A DNA stretch of 64,000 nucleotides from Candidatus Doudnabacteria bacterium (GTDB lineage: Bacteria; Patescibacteriota; Doudnabacteria; UBA920; 2-01-FULL-46-14), in assembly GCA_041497195.1 (NCBI GenBank), contig JBGQGB010000001.1, positions 213,504-277,503 on the forward strand, given 5' to 3'. Positions 52,560 to 62,453 of this stretch are shown here, in pieces. The translations under genes were made by a program, and so were the position numbers. Numbering within the stretch: the first letter of the stretch is position 1; each line of letters opens with the position of its first letter. The notes under the pieces were generated by a model. The model was given only the letters and a program-made list of their open reading frames with translations. It had not been told where the DNA came from and did not search any database.

Positions 52560-53964
52560 TTGATTTGATATGATCAGCCAGTCTGATCGCCAAGGCAATA
52601 ATAGTTGCCGTGGGATGTGCATACCCAGCAGTCGGAAATAGCGAACTGCCTGCGACGTATAAATTATTAAGCGTATGGACTTTGCAGTTTTGGTCCACGA
52701 CAGACGTTTTCGGCTCAGTTCCCATGCGCGTCGTACCCATGTGATGCGAAGCGTCAGTTTTGATTGGCCATTCGGCCGCAGTCTCATCCAACAAGGGACT
52801 CTCCAAATCCCCTATTTTCATTCGGTTTAATTCCGCCTTGAGGGTCTCATGCAAGATGCGCATGGTTTTTTTCTCCAAATTGCTTACTGACCAAAAAATT
52901 TCGGCCCGCGGCCTGCCGAACGCGTCCCGAGTCTGACCCAATGCAATCCGGTTCTCCGGATTCGGCTCCTGCTCCATGAAGTTCCGGAGTGAAATCGAGA
53001 CCGGCTTTGGATTGACAATTTTCCGGATGAATTTGGCAAAAATTGAAGATCGTCCAAAATTCGGCTGTAGCTGAACATAGCTGTTCAGAACTTGTTCGTG
53101 TTTCTGGATCTGTTCGCTCAAGCCCAGCCCAATGAAGTACTGTCCGAATTGGTCGTAGCCGTCCCAAAAACCGCTCAAATCCAGATTCTGATCGGATAAC
53201 CTAATCGTTCCCACTTTTCCTTTAGGATGGTCCATATAGTATCGGCCAACCTGGTCAGATTCGTTTCCGATGCCAGATAGCAAAAGCAAACGAGCATTTT
53301 CAATCCCGCCGCAAGCCAAAATGAAGACTTTCGCATTAACACGGAAAGCATTACCGGCGAAAGTTTTCACCGCCACGTTCTCCACTCCGGAATTAGCTGC
53401 CCCAGCCGGCAAATTCAAAGCAACGGCATTGAAATAGACTTGGATATTTGACGATTGTTCAAAACGAGTATAAAAAACTTTTGCAAAATTGATTTTGTCC
53501 TGGTCCATGCGCCGCACGATGGTCGGGTTTACAGTACTCCGGGCAAATAAATTTTCATGGGGCCCAAAGGCTTCTGGGCTTGGAGCCTGGACCAATTTCG
53601 CAGCCCGTTCGTAATACGCGTCCAAATCCTCCCGGCCTATCGGCCAGCCCGAATGCGGCACCCAAGGCCGTGCAGCAAAATCAATCTGGTCATGGAGTTT
53701 CCAAATGCCGGCCCAGACCTGCGTCGTCCCACCAAAGCCTTGGGTCCGGGATTTTGGCGAGATTGGCAAACCAGTTGTTCCAAACTCATACAGTGCATCA
53801 AGTTCGGTCTGATTTTCCAGCGCGCCGCTTTCCAAAACGCAGATGCTTTTTTGTTGACTTTCCAGTTCGAGCGCCAGCGGGATACCTGCCGCGCCCGTGC
53901 CGATGATACAAATATCAGCCTCGATAATCGTATCATCTGCAATGGTCCGCGCGTCAATGAACAT
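52552..53964 (-). CDS. GMC-family FAD-dependent oxidoreductase
   Basis: IIGTGAAG, LESG, GGT...W, LACGGIENARLLL, VGR..MDHP, HH.GTTRM and NLYVAGSS.FPT motifs; start at ATG 53964. Confidence 0.9.
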   Translation of the reverse strand: MFIDARTIADDTIIEADICIIGTGAAGIPLALELESQQKSICVLESGALENQTELDALYEFGTTGLPISPKSRTQGFGGTTQVWAGIWKLHDQIDFAARPWVPHSGWPIGREDLDAYYERAAKLVQAPSPEAFGPHENLFARSTVNPTIVRRMDQDKINFAKVFYTRFEQSSNIQVYFNAVALNLPAGAANSGVENVAVKTFAGNAFRVNAKVFILACGGIENARLLLLSGIGNESDQVGRYYMDHPKGKVGTIRLSDQNLDLSGFWDGYDQFGQYFIGLGLSEQIQKHEQVLNSYVQLQPNFGRSSIFAKFIRKIVNPKPVSISLRNFMEQEPNPENRIALGQTRDAFGRPRAEIFWSVSNLEKKTMRILHETLKAELNRMKIGDLESPLLDETAAEWPIKTDASHHMGTTRMGTEPKTSVVDQNCKVHTLNNLYVAGSSLFPTAGYAHPTATIIALAIRLADHIKSNA

Positions 53965-55012
53965 ATTCCAAGCCTTTCCAAACTTCCGCAAAGGTAATAT
54001 CTCTCATGCAGCGGGAAAAATCCTCGCGCAAAGCATTCGGGCAATTCATCATGTAGCATTTCGGATGTACTGGCTCCTGGCACTCGCCCACAATCACAGC
54101 TTTTGCTCCCTGCGGGCGCTGGCTCGTGCTACAGCACGGGCCCATTAAATCCACCACCGGCACAGCCAAAGCGTCAGCGATATACAAGGGTCCAGTATCA
54201 GCGGAAACAAACACTGAAAAAATGCTTACTAAAGCTGCCAATTGACTTAATGAAAACAAACCTGCTGTATTGAAAAACATGCCGCGGTCCACACTTAAGG
54301 CCAGTTTCTCCAATTTCTCCCGCTCCGGTAGCGAACCGACTCCAATCACGCAAAATCCAGACTCATTTAATCGGTTCACCAAGTGCGCAAAGTTCTCAAT
54401 TCCCCATTCTTTGAAATCCTTTCCCGCAGTGACGGAGATTCCCGCTAACTTTTTGCCTTGTAATCCGTACTGGTTTAAAAATTGGTCGGCTACCACGCGA
54501 TCTTGCGCATCAAAATAAACCTCTCGCCGCCGGACCGGATTTGTGACCCCCAATGCTTTCGCCATCTCCAAATAATGATCCTGGGCCGCGGTGACGAAAT
54601 CATAGTTAAACTTCTTGGTCAAAAAAAACGAATAAAGTTTTTCCTTTTTTGACATTTTGTCATGCACGGTCCCGAGCAAATTCGGAATTCCCGCGACAAC
54701 GCACCTTTTCAAGATTTCCACGCTGGGCATCAAAATCAATACGTGCGAATATTGTTTCTGTCTGAGTATCCGGATACTTACTGTTCTGGGCAAAATTTCT
54801 CCGACCGCATCATTGCCTTTCAGAACTTCTTCAGCAAAAGTACCGGCTACTACATCAACCGGTTCGGCAAAATTGTTTTTCAGCGTTCGAAACAAAGGCG
54901 TCGTGCAGACCAAATCCCCGATTTTTCCCTCTTGTACGACTAAAACCCGGCGCCTGCCGGTAGACGATTTCAAAAATAAGCGAGCCGTGAGCGTTGTGAG
55001 GAAATCAAACAT
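53954..55012 (-). CDS. Glycosyltransferase family 9 (heptosyltransferase-like)
   Basis: IGDLV..TP, K.W...NF and DTGP...A.A...P.V.L.GP motifs. Confidence 0.9.
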   Translation of the reverse strand: MFDFLTTLTARLFLKSSTGRRRVLVVQEGKIGDLVCTTPLFRTLKNNFAEPVDVVAGTFAEEVLKGNDAVGEILPRTVSIRILRQKQYSHVLILMPSVEILKRCVVAGIPNLLGTVHDKMSKKEKLYSFFLTKKFNYDFVTAAQDHYLEMAKALGVTNPVRRREVYFDAQDRVVADQFLNQYGLQGKKLAGISVTAGKDFKEWGIENFAHLVNRLNESGFCVIGVGSLPEREKLEKLALSVDRGMFFNTAGLFSLSQLAALVSIFSVFVSADTGPLYIADALAVPVVDLMGPCCSTSQRPQGAKAVIVGECQEPVHPKCYMMNCPNALREDFSRCMRDITFAEVWKGLEYVH

Positions 55013-55964
55013 TCAAGTAATTTTTGACATAATCATTGATGCCGTCTTCCAATTCGAAAAAGGCTTCCGAATAACCGGCTCTCCGCAAACTGCTGACATC
55101 AGCTTGAGTGAAATACTGATACTTTTGCCGAATCTCCCGGGGCATCTCGAAAAATTCTAGATTTGGCTCTCGGTTGAGCGAGGCGAAAAGTGCTTTACCC
55201 AGATCCAGAAAACTCCTAGCCTTTCCCGTCCCGACATTAAATATCCCGCTGTGTTGCGGATTATCCAAAAAAAACATAATCACCTTCAGCACATCCTTGG
55301 CGTAAACGAAATCTCGCTTCTCGCCCCCATCCGCCAATCCGGGCTGGGATGACTTAAATAAACGCATCTTCCCGGTTTGTTTTATTTGTTCATAGCCCTG
55401 GCAGATAAGCGAGGCCATCTTACCTTTATGACCCTCATTCGGCCCATAGACATTGAAAAATTTCAAGCCGACCCATTGACCGGGTTTTTGCCTGCTATCC
55501 AAGACCATTTCGTCAAACCAATATTTCGAATAACCATACAGATTCAGCGGGGTGAACCGCCGTGCCTGATCGCTGAACCCTTGACTGCCGTCTCCATACG
55601 TTGCTGCCGAAGACCCGTAAATAAAGCGCGAGCCGGCTCGAACGCAATAATCAAACAAAACTTTTGAGTACTGGGTGTTGTTCTCGCGGAAATATTGCTC
55701 ATCCTGCACGGTAGTATCCGTACAGGCGCCCAAATGGATGATGGTTTCGATTCCCGTAAGCTCGGGGAGTATAGTTAAAAATTCGTTCTTGCCAAAATAG
55801 CGCTCGTATTTCAAATTTTGCAAATGAGTTTTTTTCCGCTCATAGTCAAGCTGATCCACGACATAAAGCGACTGGAGGCCACGCAGGTTCAGCGCCTGGA
55901 CCAAATTTGAGCCGATGAACCCGGCGGCTCCAGTGACGACGATTTTGTTACTTTGCTCCGACAT
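55005..55964 (-). CDS. hldD: ADP-L-glycero-D-manno-heptose 6-epimerase
   Basis: VTGAAGFIGSN, HLGAC.DT, SSAATYG, PLN.YG.SK, FFNVYGPNE.HKG.MAS, RDFVY and YQYFTQAD motifs. Confidence 0.95.
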   Translation of the reverse strand: MSEQSNKIVVTGAAGFIGSNLVQALNLRGLQSLYVVDQLDYERKKTHLQNLKYERYFGKNEFLTILPELTGIETIIHLGACTDTTVQDEQYFRENNTQYSKVLFDYCVRAGSRFIYGSSAATYGDGSQGFSDQARRFTPLNLYGYSKYWFDEMVLDSRQKPGQWVGLKFFNVYGPNEGHKGKMASLICQGYEQIKQTGKMRLFKSSQPGLADGGEKRDFVYAKDVLKVIMFFLDNPQHSGIFNVGTGKARSFLDLGKALFASLNREPNLEFFEMPREIRQKYQYFTQADVSSLRRAGYSEAFFELEDGINDYVKNYLNV

Positions 55965-56958
55965 TGAAAATCTTACTTACTGCGCTTTTCAGGTCGCGGG
56001 CATAAAAATTCGGCTCCAGTTTTAGATCTCTAGGCATGGGGGGACCCAGCTTAATCGTGTTTGCATTGACCTCACGGCCCATAACAATATCCGCAGGTCC
56101 ATCTCCAATCACCCAACTATGATTGAGGTTCAAATGAAAATCTTTTACTGCCTGCATGATGAGTACTGTCCCTGGTTTCCGGCAATCGCAGTGATCAGCG
56201 GGTTTGTGTGGACAAATATAAATGGCATCGAGCCGGATACCCCGCATGCGGAGTTCCCGCTTCATGTGTTGGTGAAGTTTTATGGTGTGGCTTTTCGGAA
56301 AATAGCCGCGACCGATGCCAGATTGATTGGTAATCACAATGATTTTATACTCCGATTTACTGAGTCTCTTTAGGGCCTGGGGAGTGCCGGGTACGAATTC
56401 GAAGTCTTCGATTTTGTGAATGTATCCCCGTTTATTTAAATTAATCGTTCCGTCTCTATCAAGGAAGACAGCTCGAGGCGAGGAGCTGGCATTTGCGTTT
56501 TTGAATTTTTTTATCAAATTCGAAGTTGAGTAGCCTAGCTTCAATTTTATTACCGCGACGCGGCCACCGTATCTCTCAACGGTAGCGCGTTCAATGCAAT
56601 TTTTTCCCCAGTCCGACCCGTTTGCGTGAATCGCCGGGCGTACAACAGACAAAATTATTTTTGGGTTGATCTCGTCAAACAAACACACATAATCAACGCA
56701 CTCCAAAGCCGCAAGCAAAACCGCACGGGCGTTCTGGTCAAGAATCGGCCGCTGCGACCCTTTATAGCTTCTGACTGACTTATCGCTATTCAAAAGAACC
56801 GCGAGCCGATCGCCTTGGGCCCTGGCTTGGCGCAACAACTCCAAATGGCCGGGGTGCAGAATATCAAAACTCCCGTTCACGGTGACCAGCTTTTGTTTCT
56901 GGTTTTTCATTTGACGGGAGATGGCGGCTAACTGCTTTCTGGATCTAAACTTTTTCAT
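55948..56958 (-). CDS. Fusion of heptose-1-phosphate adenylyltransferase (HldE domain II) and heptose-1,7-bisphosphate phosphatase (GmhB)
   Basis: NGSFDILHPGH, LNSD.SV..KG..RP and ST(S) followed by FLDRDGTIN, TNQSGIGRG, CPH...C.CRKP and IGD...D; start at ATG 56958. Confidence 0.9.
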   Translation of the reverse strand: MKKFRSRKQLAAISRQMKNQKQKLVTVNGSFDILHPGHLELLRQARAQGDRLAVLLNSDKSVRSYKGSQRPILDQNARAVLLAALECVDYVCLFDEINPKIILSVVRPAIHANGSDWGKNCIERATVERYGGRVAVIKLKLGYSTSNLIKKFKNANASSSPRAVFLDRDGTINLNKRGYIHKIEDFEFVPGTPQALKRLSKSEYKIIVITNQSGIGRGYFPKSHTIKLHQHMKRELRMRGIRLDAIYICPHKPADHCDCRKPGTVLIMQAVKDFHLNLNHSWVIGDGPADIVMGREVNANTIKLGPPMPRDLKLEPNFYARDLKSAVSKIFNVGAK

Positions 56959-58264
56959 AATCGCCGAGGTTGATTTTTTTGCTTTCTTCAAAACGATTAG
57001 TATCAGCTTCCTCGTGATGTGTACTGATCTCCAAAATTTCCGAGTTCTCCATTCCCGTGAAACGGTGTACGGTCCCTGGAGGGATCCGAATATAATTATT
57101 CTCCCGGAGATGCAAAACTTTGTCACCTAGCTCCAAACGAACATGCCCTTTGGTGATGAGAAACATCTCATCTTTCACCTTGTGGGAGTGCAGACTGCAT
57201 TGATACCCTTTATTCAAAGACAGCAATTTGGAGCAATATTTGTCGTTATTTTCAAGCCACTTTTCAAATCCCCAAACCTTTGGAACAACTTCCACAGCGC
57301 TCACATCATGGTGAGAGACGAGAGCTGACAGTAATTCTTCAGCTGAGAGAGTGGCAGTACCAAATTTTTGCACGACTATTTCACCCGCCAAATTTCCTAA
57401 ATGGGCCGCCTCTGCCAAGTTCAAGTCGCACACCATGCCCAAAGCCACTACCGCGACAACCGTATCTCCCGCGCCGCTGACGTCAAATACTTTGACTTTT
57501 CTCGAGGGTAAATGCTTCGCCGGTTTTGCTTTTTCGAAAACATAAATTCCGTTTTCTCCCATGGTCAAAACTACAGATGCATTGAAATCTTTGACTAATT
57601 GCGGGCCAATTTCTTCGAGAGTAATGGAACCGGTCATTTCCATACCTTCTTTTACGTTTGGCGTTATCACGTCAACGCCATAAAAAATTTTTTTATTGCT
57701 TGGCTTGAGGTCGGCAACGATTAACTTGTGGCCTTTTTTCCCCAGCTTGATGATCTCCGCCACCGCCCGTTCGGACAAAGCCCCTTTCGCATAGTCGGAA
57801 AAAATTATCGCCTCGCAGGCTGGCAGCAGCCGTTTGACTGTTGTAATCAGCCGATCCTCCTCGTCCGTATCCAAAGACTTCACAACCTCGTCATCAACGC
57901 GGAGAAGCTGATGGCCAGCTGCCACTAGCCGATGCTTCAAAATTGTCGGACGAGTGGTGAAATCCAGAACGCCAGCGGCAGAAATCCGATTCTTCTTCAA
58001 TAATTCGAGAATCTTGGTTTTCCTTGAATCGTCCCCAACAAAACCACAGAGAGTAACGCGGGCGCCCAAGGCCGCTGCATTATTGGCCACATTTGCCGCC
58101 CCTCCCAACACAAAATTTTCCTCTAATTTATGCAGTATCGGGACCGGGGCTTCGGGCGACATACGTGTTACTTCGCCATAGGTGTACTGGTCGAGCATGA
58201 TGTCGCCGACTACTAAAATCCCTTTTCCGGCAAATTGTTTGATGGCGCGGCGCAGATGTTCCAT
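56945..58264 (-). CDS. Fusion of heptose-7-phosphate kinase (HldE domain I, PfkB family) and a C-terminal cupin domain
   Basis: GD.MLD.Y, R.SPEAPVP, GGAANVA.N, SDY.KG, TPN..E and DVSGAGDT, then K.WG.E.W...YC.K...SLH.H..K.E...IPPG..HRF. Confidence 0.9.
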   Translation of the reverse strand: MEHLRRAIKQFAGKGILVVGDIMLDQYTYGEVTRMSPEAPVPILHKLEENFVLGGAANVANNAAALGARVTLCGFVGDDSRKTKILELLKKNRISAAGVLDFTTRPTILKHRLVAAGHQLLRVDDEVVKSLDTDEEDRLITTVKRLLPACEAIIFSDYAKGALSERAVAEIIKLGKKGHKLIVADLKPSNKKIFYGVDVITPNVKEGMEMTGSITLEEIGPQLVKDFNASVVLTMGENGIYVFEKAKPAKHLPSRKVKVFDVSGAGDTVVAVVALGMVCDLNLAEAAHLGNLAGEIVVQKFGTATLSAEELLSALVSHHDVSAVEVVPKVWGFEKWLENNDKYCSKLLSLNKGYQCSLHSHKVKDEMFLITKGHVRLELGDKVLHLRENNYIRIPPGTVHRFTGMENSEILEISTHHEEADTNRFEESKKINLGDYEKV

Positions 58265-58277
58265 AGGTTTTTAAATT

Positions 58278-59414
58278 CTATTTTATTTTTCGAGAGGAGT
58301 CAATGCTCGCCAAGATGTGCAGTACTCGTTCCTGCCATGAATACTGCCATACGAAATTCCGGTTTTCTGAAAAATCTCGGGCTTGGGCTCGGCGGATTGC
58401 TTGTGCCAAAGCCACGGGGTCGTCCGGACGAGTAAACTCAACCTGGGACTTAGAAACAATTTCCCGCACCGAGGGCAAATCGGCAGCCACGATTGGTCGT
58501 CCTATGGCTAAATACTCAAACAGTTTCAAGGGTGAGGTATACAAACTGGATATTTCAGCTTTTGCAGAATTGGGCAAAACCAAAACATCGGCCGCGTTCA
58601 GGTACTGAGGAATTTTGTCATAGGAGATATGGCCAACCAACATGATATTGCCGGGCTGGTGCAGTTTTTCCCCCAGATATTTTTTAAAAGCGCTCATCTC
58701 GTGGGGTGAACCGCCGACCAAAACAAATAAATAATCATCCGCAAAACTCCGCGCTGCTTCAGCCAGAACATACACTCCCTTCCAAGCAAAAAAATTCCCA
58801 GTATACATGATGATCTGTTTGTCCTGCGGCAGTCCAAGCTGTTGCCGACTATGGGTTTTCGATTCAGTTATCTGGAACTGTTTGAGGTCAACCCCGTCGG
58901 GTAAAACAATAATTTTTTCTGCCGGATAGCCCAATCGTTCCAAAGCTTCCCGCAGGCCGTGGCTGATCACAACAATTCGCTGTAAACGCTTGGCCAACGG
59001 CTGGACGCTGCGCCGAATGGTGCGTGAAATATTGTGCACTTCCAAAAACACCGGCGCTCCGGGCGGAAACCCGCGCGCTGATAATTCGTCGCGGGTATAG
59101 ATCAAATCGGACTGATGGTGTCCCAGATACCTGCGGACTGCTCTGGCAAATGACCAGCTCTGCAAAACGCTCAAGAGCTTCGGAATCAAATCGCTCCACC
59201 GGATCAAATCCAAAGTCGGCAGATACACTATCTCAAACGAGGGCTTGAGCCCATAGTATACAAAAGCGTTACCAGCAATATGAGAGACCCGACGCGGGAC
59301 TATCAATACTACCTCGTGATTAAGGTTGGCAAAAGCTTCGCACATTTTCATGATTTGAACGCCGTGGGCTTTCTCCGTGGGAATACGGGCATTGGCAATA
59401 TAAAATATTTTCAT
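58278..59414 (-). CDS. Glycosyltransferase family 4
   Basis: R.PTEKAHG.QI.KMCEA, KG and TSPLKLFEY.A motifs. Confidence 0.92.
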   Translation of the reverse strand: MKIFYIANARIPTEKAHGVQIMKMCEAFANLNHEVVLIVPRRVSHIAGNAFVYYGLKPSFEIVYLPTLDLIRWSDLIPKLLSVLQSWSFARAVRRYLGHHQSDLIYTRDELSARGFPPGAPVFLEVHNISRTIRRSVQPLAKRLQRIVVISHGLREALERLGYPAEKIIVLPDGVDLKQFQITESKTHSRQQLGLPQDKQIIMYTGNFFAWKGVYVLAEAARSFADDYLFVLVGGSPHEMSAFKKYLGEKLHQPGNIMLVGHISYDKIPQYLNAADVLVLPNSAKAEISSLYTSPLKLFEYLAIGRPIVAADLPSVREIVSKSQVEFTRPDDPVALAQAIRRAQARDFSENRNFVWQYSWQERVLHILASIDSSRKIK

Positions 59415-59419
59415 GATTC

Positions 59420-60478
59420 TTAATTCAAGTTTAATTGAAACAAAAGCTCCTGACCAATGGCAAGGGGAGTGAATTTTTGAGTGTAAAGCTCGTAGGTATT
59501 CTGCGCCAATGTCTCACGAAGAGCCTGATCGTCGCGAAGGGACAATATCGCTTCTGCCAATGCGCGCGGATCTGCTGGCGCGCAAGTTATCAGGGTTCCG
59601 CTCGGAAATGCCTCCCTGATTGCCGGGGTGTCGGCCGTGATGACTGGCTTGCGGCATGCAACGGCTTCAAAAATTTTATTCGGTACGACTAGCGCGGTTT
59701 TTTTATTCTTTCCAAAAACCCCCAAACAGAGATCAGCCTGGTTCAGAGCGTCAGCTAGCCCGTGATAATCAGTCTCCGGAAAAAACACTATATTGTGAAG
59801 TTGTAATTGTTGGGCCTGGACTTTCAAACTTCGATATTGACTATTAAACCGGGTAATCAGATGAAATTCTATGTCTGGCCTTGATTGGAGCAATGCCGCG
59901 GCCTGCAAAATTGTCTCTGCCCCGTGGAAAGGAACAATATGTCCGTGCCAGTGCACGACAAATTTGGAAAGGCTTGTTGTCGGCGAAGGTCGTGCCCGAG
60001 GAAAAAAAATTTCATTATCTGCTCCCACCAGAACCCGAATAAATTTTTGGGGGGAAAGGTGGTATTGGGTGACGAAATAATCTATCTGTACTTGGGTATC
60101 CAGAAGCACCCGGTAAGCCAAGTTGCAAGCGGATTTTTCCAAACATCGCAGGTACCAGCTCCGCCACCCGTTCCGCGGCGACCGAGCCCGATCCTCAATC
60201 TCAGTCAAATAGAGAGACACAAACGCATCTAGAACCACTGGTTTTTTAGTCAGCAACCGGGCAAACCACATCAATGAATAGCCGGCCATGCCGACCAGCA
60301 AAACATCGTAGGAATTTTTCAGCCTGCGATGCTGCCGATACAAACCCCAATATTTTGCGAAGCCGCGGCGGCGGGTTTGACATTCGACGATATGGACGCC
60401 ATTTGCCGTCAAGCCTTTCTTCAGCACCACAATGCGCGGGTAATCGGGAATATAATTTCCAAAAAAACAGATGGTCAT
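59420..60478 (-). CDS. Glycosyltransferase family 4
   Basis: Y.R, P.HG and LG.FG...K...V.PNK.FEA motifs. Confidence 0.9.
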   Translation of the reverse strand: MTICFFGNYIPDYPRIVVLKKGLTANGVHIVECQTRRRGFAKYWGLYRQHRRLKNSYDVLLVGMAGYSLMWFARLLTKKPVVLDAFVSLYLTEIEDRARSPRNGWRSWYLRCLEKSACNLAYRVLLDTQVQIDYFVTQYHLSPQKFIRVLVGADNEIFFPRARPSPTTSLSKFVVHWHGHIVPFHGAETILQAAALLQSRPDIEFHLITRFNSQYRSLKVQAQQLQLHNIVFFPETDYHGLADALNQADLCLGVFGKNKKTALVVPNKIFEAVACRKPVITADTPAIREAFPSGTLITCAPADPRALAEAILSLRDDQALRETLAQNTYELYTQKFTPLAIGQELLFQLNLN

Positions 60479-61392
60479 GACAAAATCCGTTGCTTTAGGA
60501 TCCTAATACCCTCAAACCAATATTCTTCCCGACGAGGCCTTGTGTAATGCTTGACTACCGTATTTTGATCGACTCTGCCGCGAATGAAATATGTTTGCTT
60601 GTCGAGCGCCTGGATGCGGTTGTGGCGGCTTAAAACATACGCATGACCAGCCTGTTCAAAGAAATATAAATCACTTTGCGGACCAATTTTTTGGCAAAAT
60701 TCCTCCAAATCCGCTAATTGATAGTCCTGTTTTGCATAGCCGATTATCCCGGCGTTTAAAGTGGCAATATCGGCGGGAAATTTATTGTCTGCAAAAACAA
60801 AATTCATAGGCACGCGGCCGGCCAAAAAAAACGGGTGCGTTTGTTTATGAAGGAGGTCGAGAATTTCCGTAGGCGTGCGAAACCACAAAACATCGGTATC
60901 CAAAAGCAGACGCGCGGATGCTGGGGAGACAAAATATGGATCAACTAACTTGGTGGCAAAAACGACTTTTTGGTTTTGCCGAAACGAACGGGCATAAGGC
61001 GAGTTTTTAAGCCAAATTTCCAAAGCTTGTGTTGTCGCCCATTCATAATCAATAATTTCCGCCTGCGGAAATAATTTCGCGACAATTTTTCTATCCTCTT
61101 CAGAAAAACTCCCATCTTCGTGAATATAGACCCGACCTGACTGCAAAACAACCTGATACCATGATGCGAGCGACCAGAGCAGCATGTCGAGGTCTGTATG
61201 GGAGCAGAGAAAGTGAATGGAATAACTGGGGTCGAAGCTGGCCTGATCGAGCGGGTGCTCTAGAGTTCTGATCTTTGGGCCGAGGAAAAAACGATAATAA
61301 GCATAGGACAGAGGGCGGCGGTAGTGGAAAAAAACACGATAAAGATAGCGCAATTCTTGGTAAAAACGAAGTTTTTTTATAGAATTTTTCAT
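60475..61392 (-). CDS. Hypothetical GT-A-fold glycosyltransferase-like protein
   Basis: HEDGS, KL.D, LLDTDVL (DxD), NAG, EQ and HY motifs. Confidence 0.6.
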   Translation of the reverse strand: MKNSIKKLRFYQELRYLYRVFFHYRRPLSYAYYRFFLGPKIRTLEHPLDQASFDPSYSIHFLCSHTDLDMLLWSLASWYQVVLQSGRVYIHEDGSFSEEDRKIVAKLFPQAEIIDYEWATTQALEIWLKNSPYARSFRQNQKVVFATKLVDPYFVSPASARLLLDTDVLWFRTPTEILDLLHKQTHPFFLAGRVPMNFVFADNKFPADIATLNAGIIGYAKQDYQLADLEEFCQKIGPQSDLYFFEQAGHAYVLSRHNRIQALDKQTYFIRGRVDQNTVVKHYTRPRREEYWFEGIRILKQRILS

Positions 61393-62453
61393 CCAGAAAA
61401 CTCCTTCCCTATTCGTTTCACCAAGTTTTCAAGATTATGCTCCGCTTCCACCCAAAAACGCAGTTTCTCAGTTAATTTCTCTCGTTCACTAAGCGGTAAA
61501 TTCTTAAGATACAAAATTTTCCCAGCCAAATCATTAGGGTTATTACTTTCAAATAACAGCAACGGAGAAATTTTTTTCAGGGGCTGGAGGAATGCTTCGT
61601 TTGAAGTAAGTACCAAAGTCCCCGAGGCGGCTGCTTCCAAAACGGATTTATCCATACTCCCGGTCTGGCTCAAATTAACAAACAAATCACCTTCTCGATA
61701 TTGCTCCTGCACCTGCTCGTAATTTTGTTTCCCTTTAAATTCCACAATTCCCTCCAGACCAGTCTCGCGGACGAGTGCCACCAGTGAATCAAAATAAGAT
61801 TGCTGCGTGGGCAAGCCCAGGCCGCCGTAAATGTCAATCTTCAAATTTTTTTCTCCCTGATCGCGTAAAATCTTGGCGGCTTTGATCAAAATTTCATAAC
61901 TTTTGACTGGGCTAATCCGACCTATACTCACTATCCGAAAATCTGGCGATTGTTTTTTCGAGACTGGATGAAATTTCTCTAAATCAATGCCGTGACCAAC
62001 GACTTTAACTTTGTGGGAAGTGAGGCGAAAACTCTCCTTTGAAGCCGTCAAAACTGCGTCAACGAGCCAGGTTGCGAGTCGCAATTTTAGATCGACTGAT
62101 TTATGTGTATACCAGAGAACCATTTTGGCGCCTTTTTTGCCGAACAACTTCAGCAAAGGCCAAGCTGCAATGGCATAGATTGGGTGCATGTGAATAAAAA
62201 TTCCGTCTGCTCCGGGGAGCAATTCTCTCAAATACCTCCAATAATTCAGAAGTTCTCTGCTGCGTGATTTTCCTTTCTCTTTGCCCATGGAATAAACGGT
62301 CGCATTAGCCGGAAGGCCAGAATCGTCGCCACACTCCAAACAAATGATTTCAATACGTGCGACTGCGACCGAAAGCTTTTCCAACCACATAAAAACAAAC
62401 CCTGTCCGGGCATCTCCTCGATCGATTTTGCGCGTCACAAAAATTAGCTTCAT
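61389..62453 (-). CDS. Glycosyltransferase family 4
   Basis: GHGID, GRISPVK and TGS.DK..LEA motifs; start at ATG 62453. Confidence 0.9.
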   Translation of the reverse strand: MKLIFVTRKIDRGDARTGFVFMWLEKLSVAVARIEIICLECGDDSGLPANATVYSMGKEKGKSRSRELLNYWRYLRELLPGADGIFIHMHPIYAIAAWPLLKLFGKKGAKMVLWYTHKSVDLKLRLATWLVDAVLTASKESFRLTSHKVKVVGHGIDLEKFHPVSKKQSPDFRIVSIGRISPVKSYEILIKAAKILRDQGEKNLKIDIYGGLGLPTQQSYFDSLVALVRETGLEGIVEFKGKQNYEQVQEQYREGDLFVNLSQTGSMDKSVLEAAASGTLVLTSNEAFLQPLKKISPLLLFESNNPNDLAGKILYLKNLPLSEREKLTEKLRFWVEAEHNLENLVKRIGKEFSG

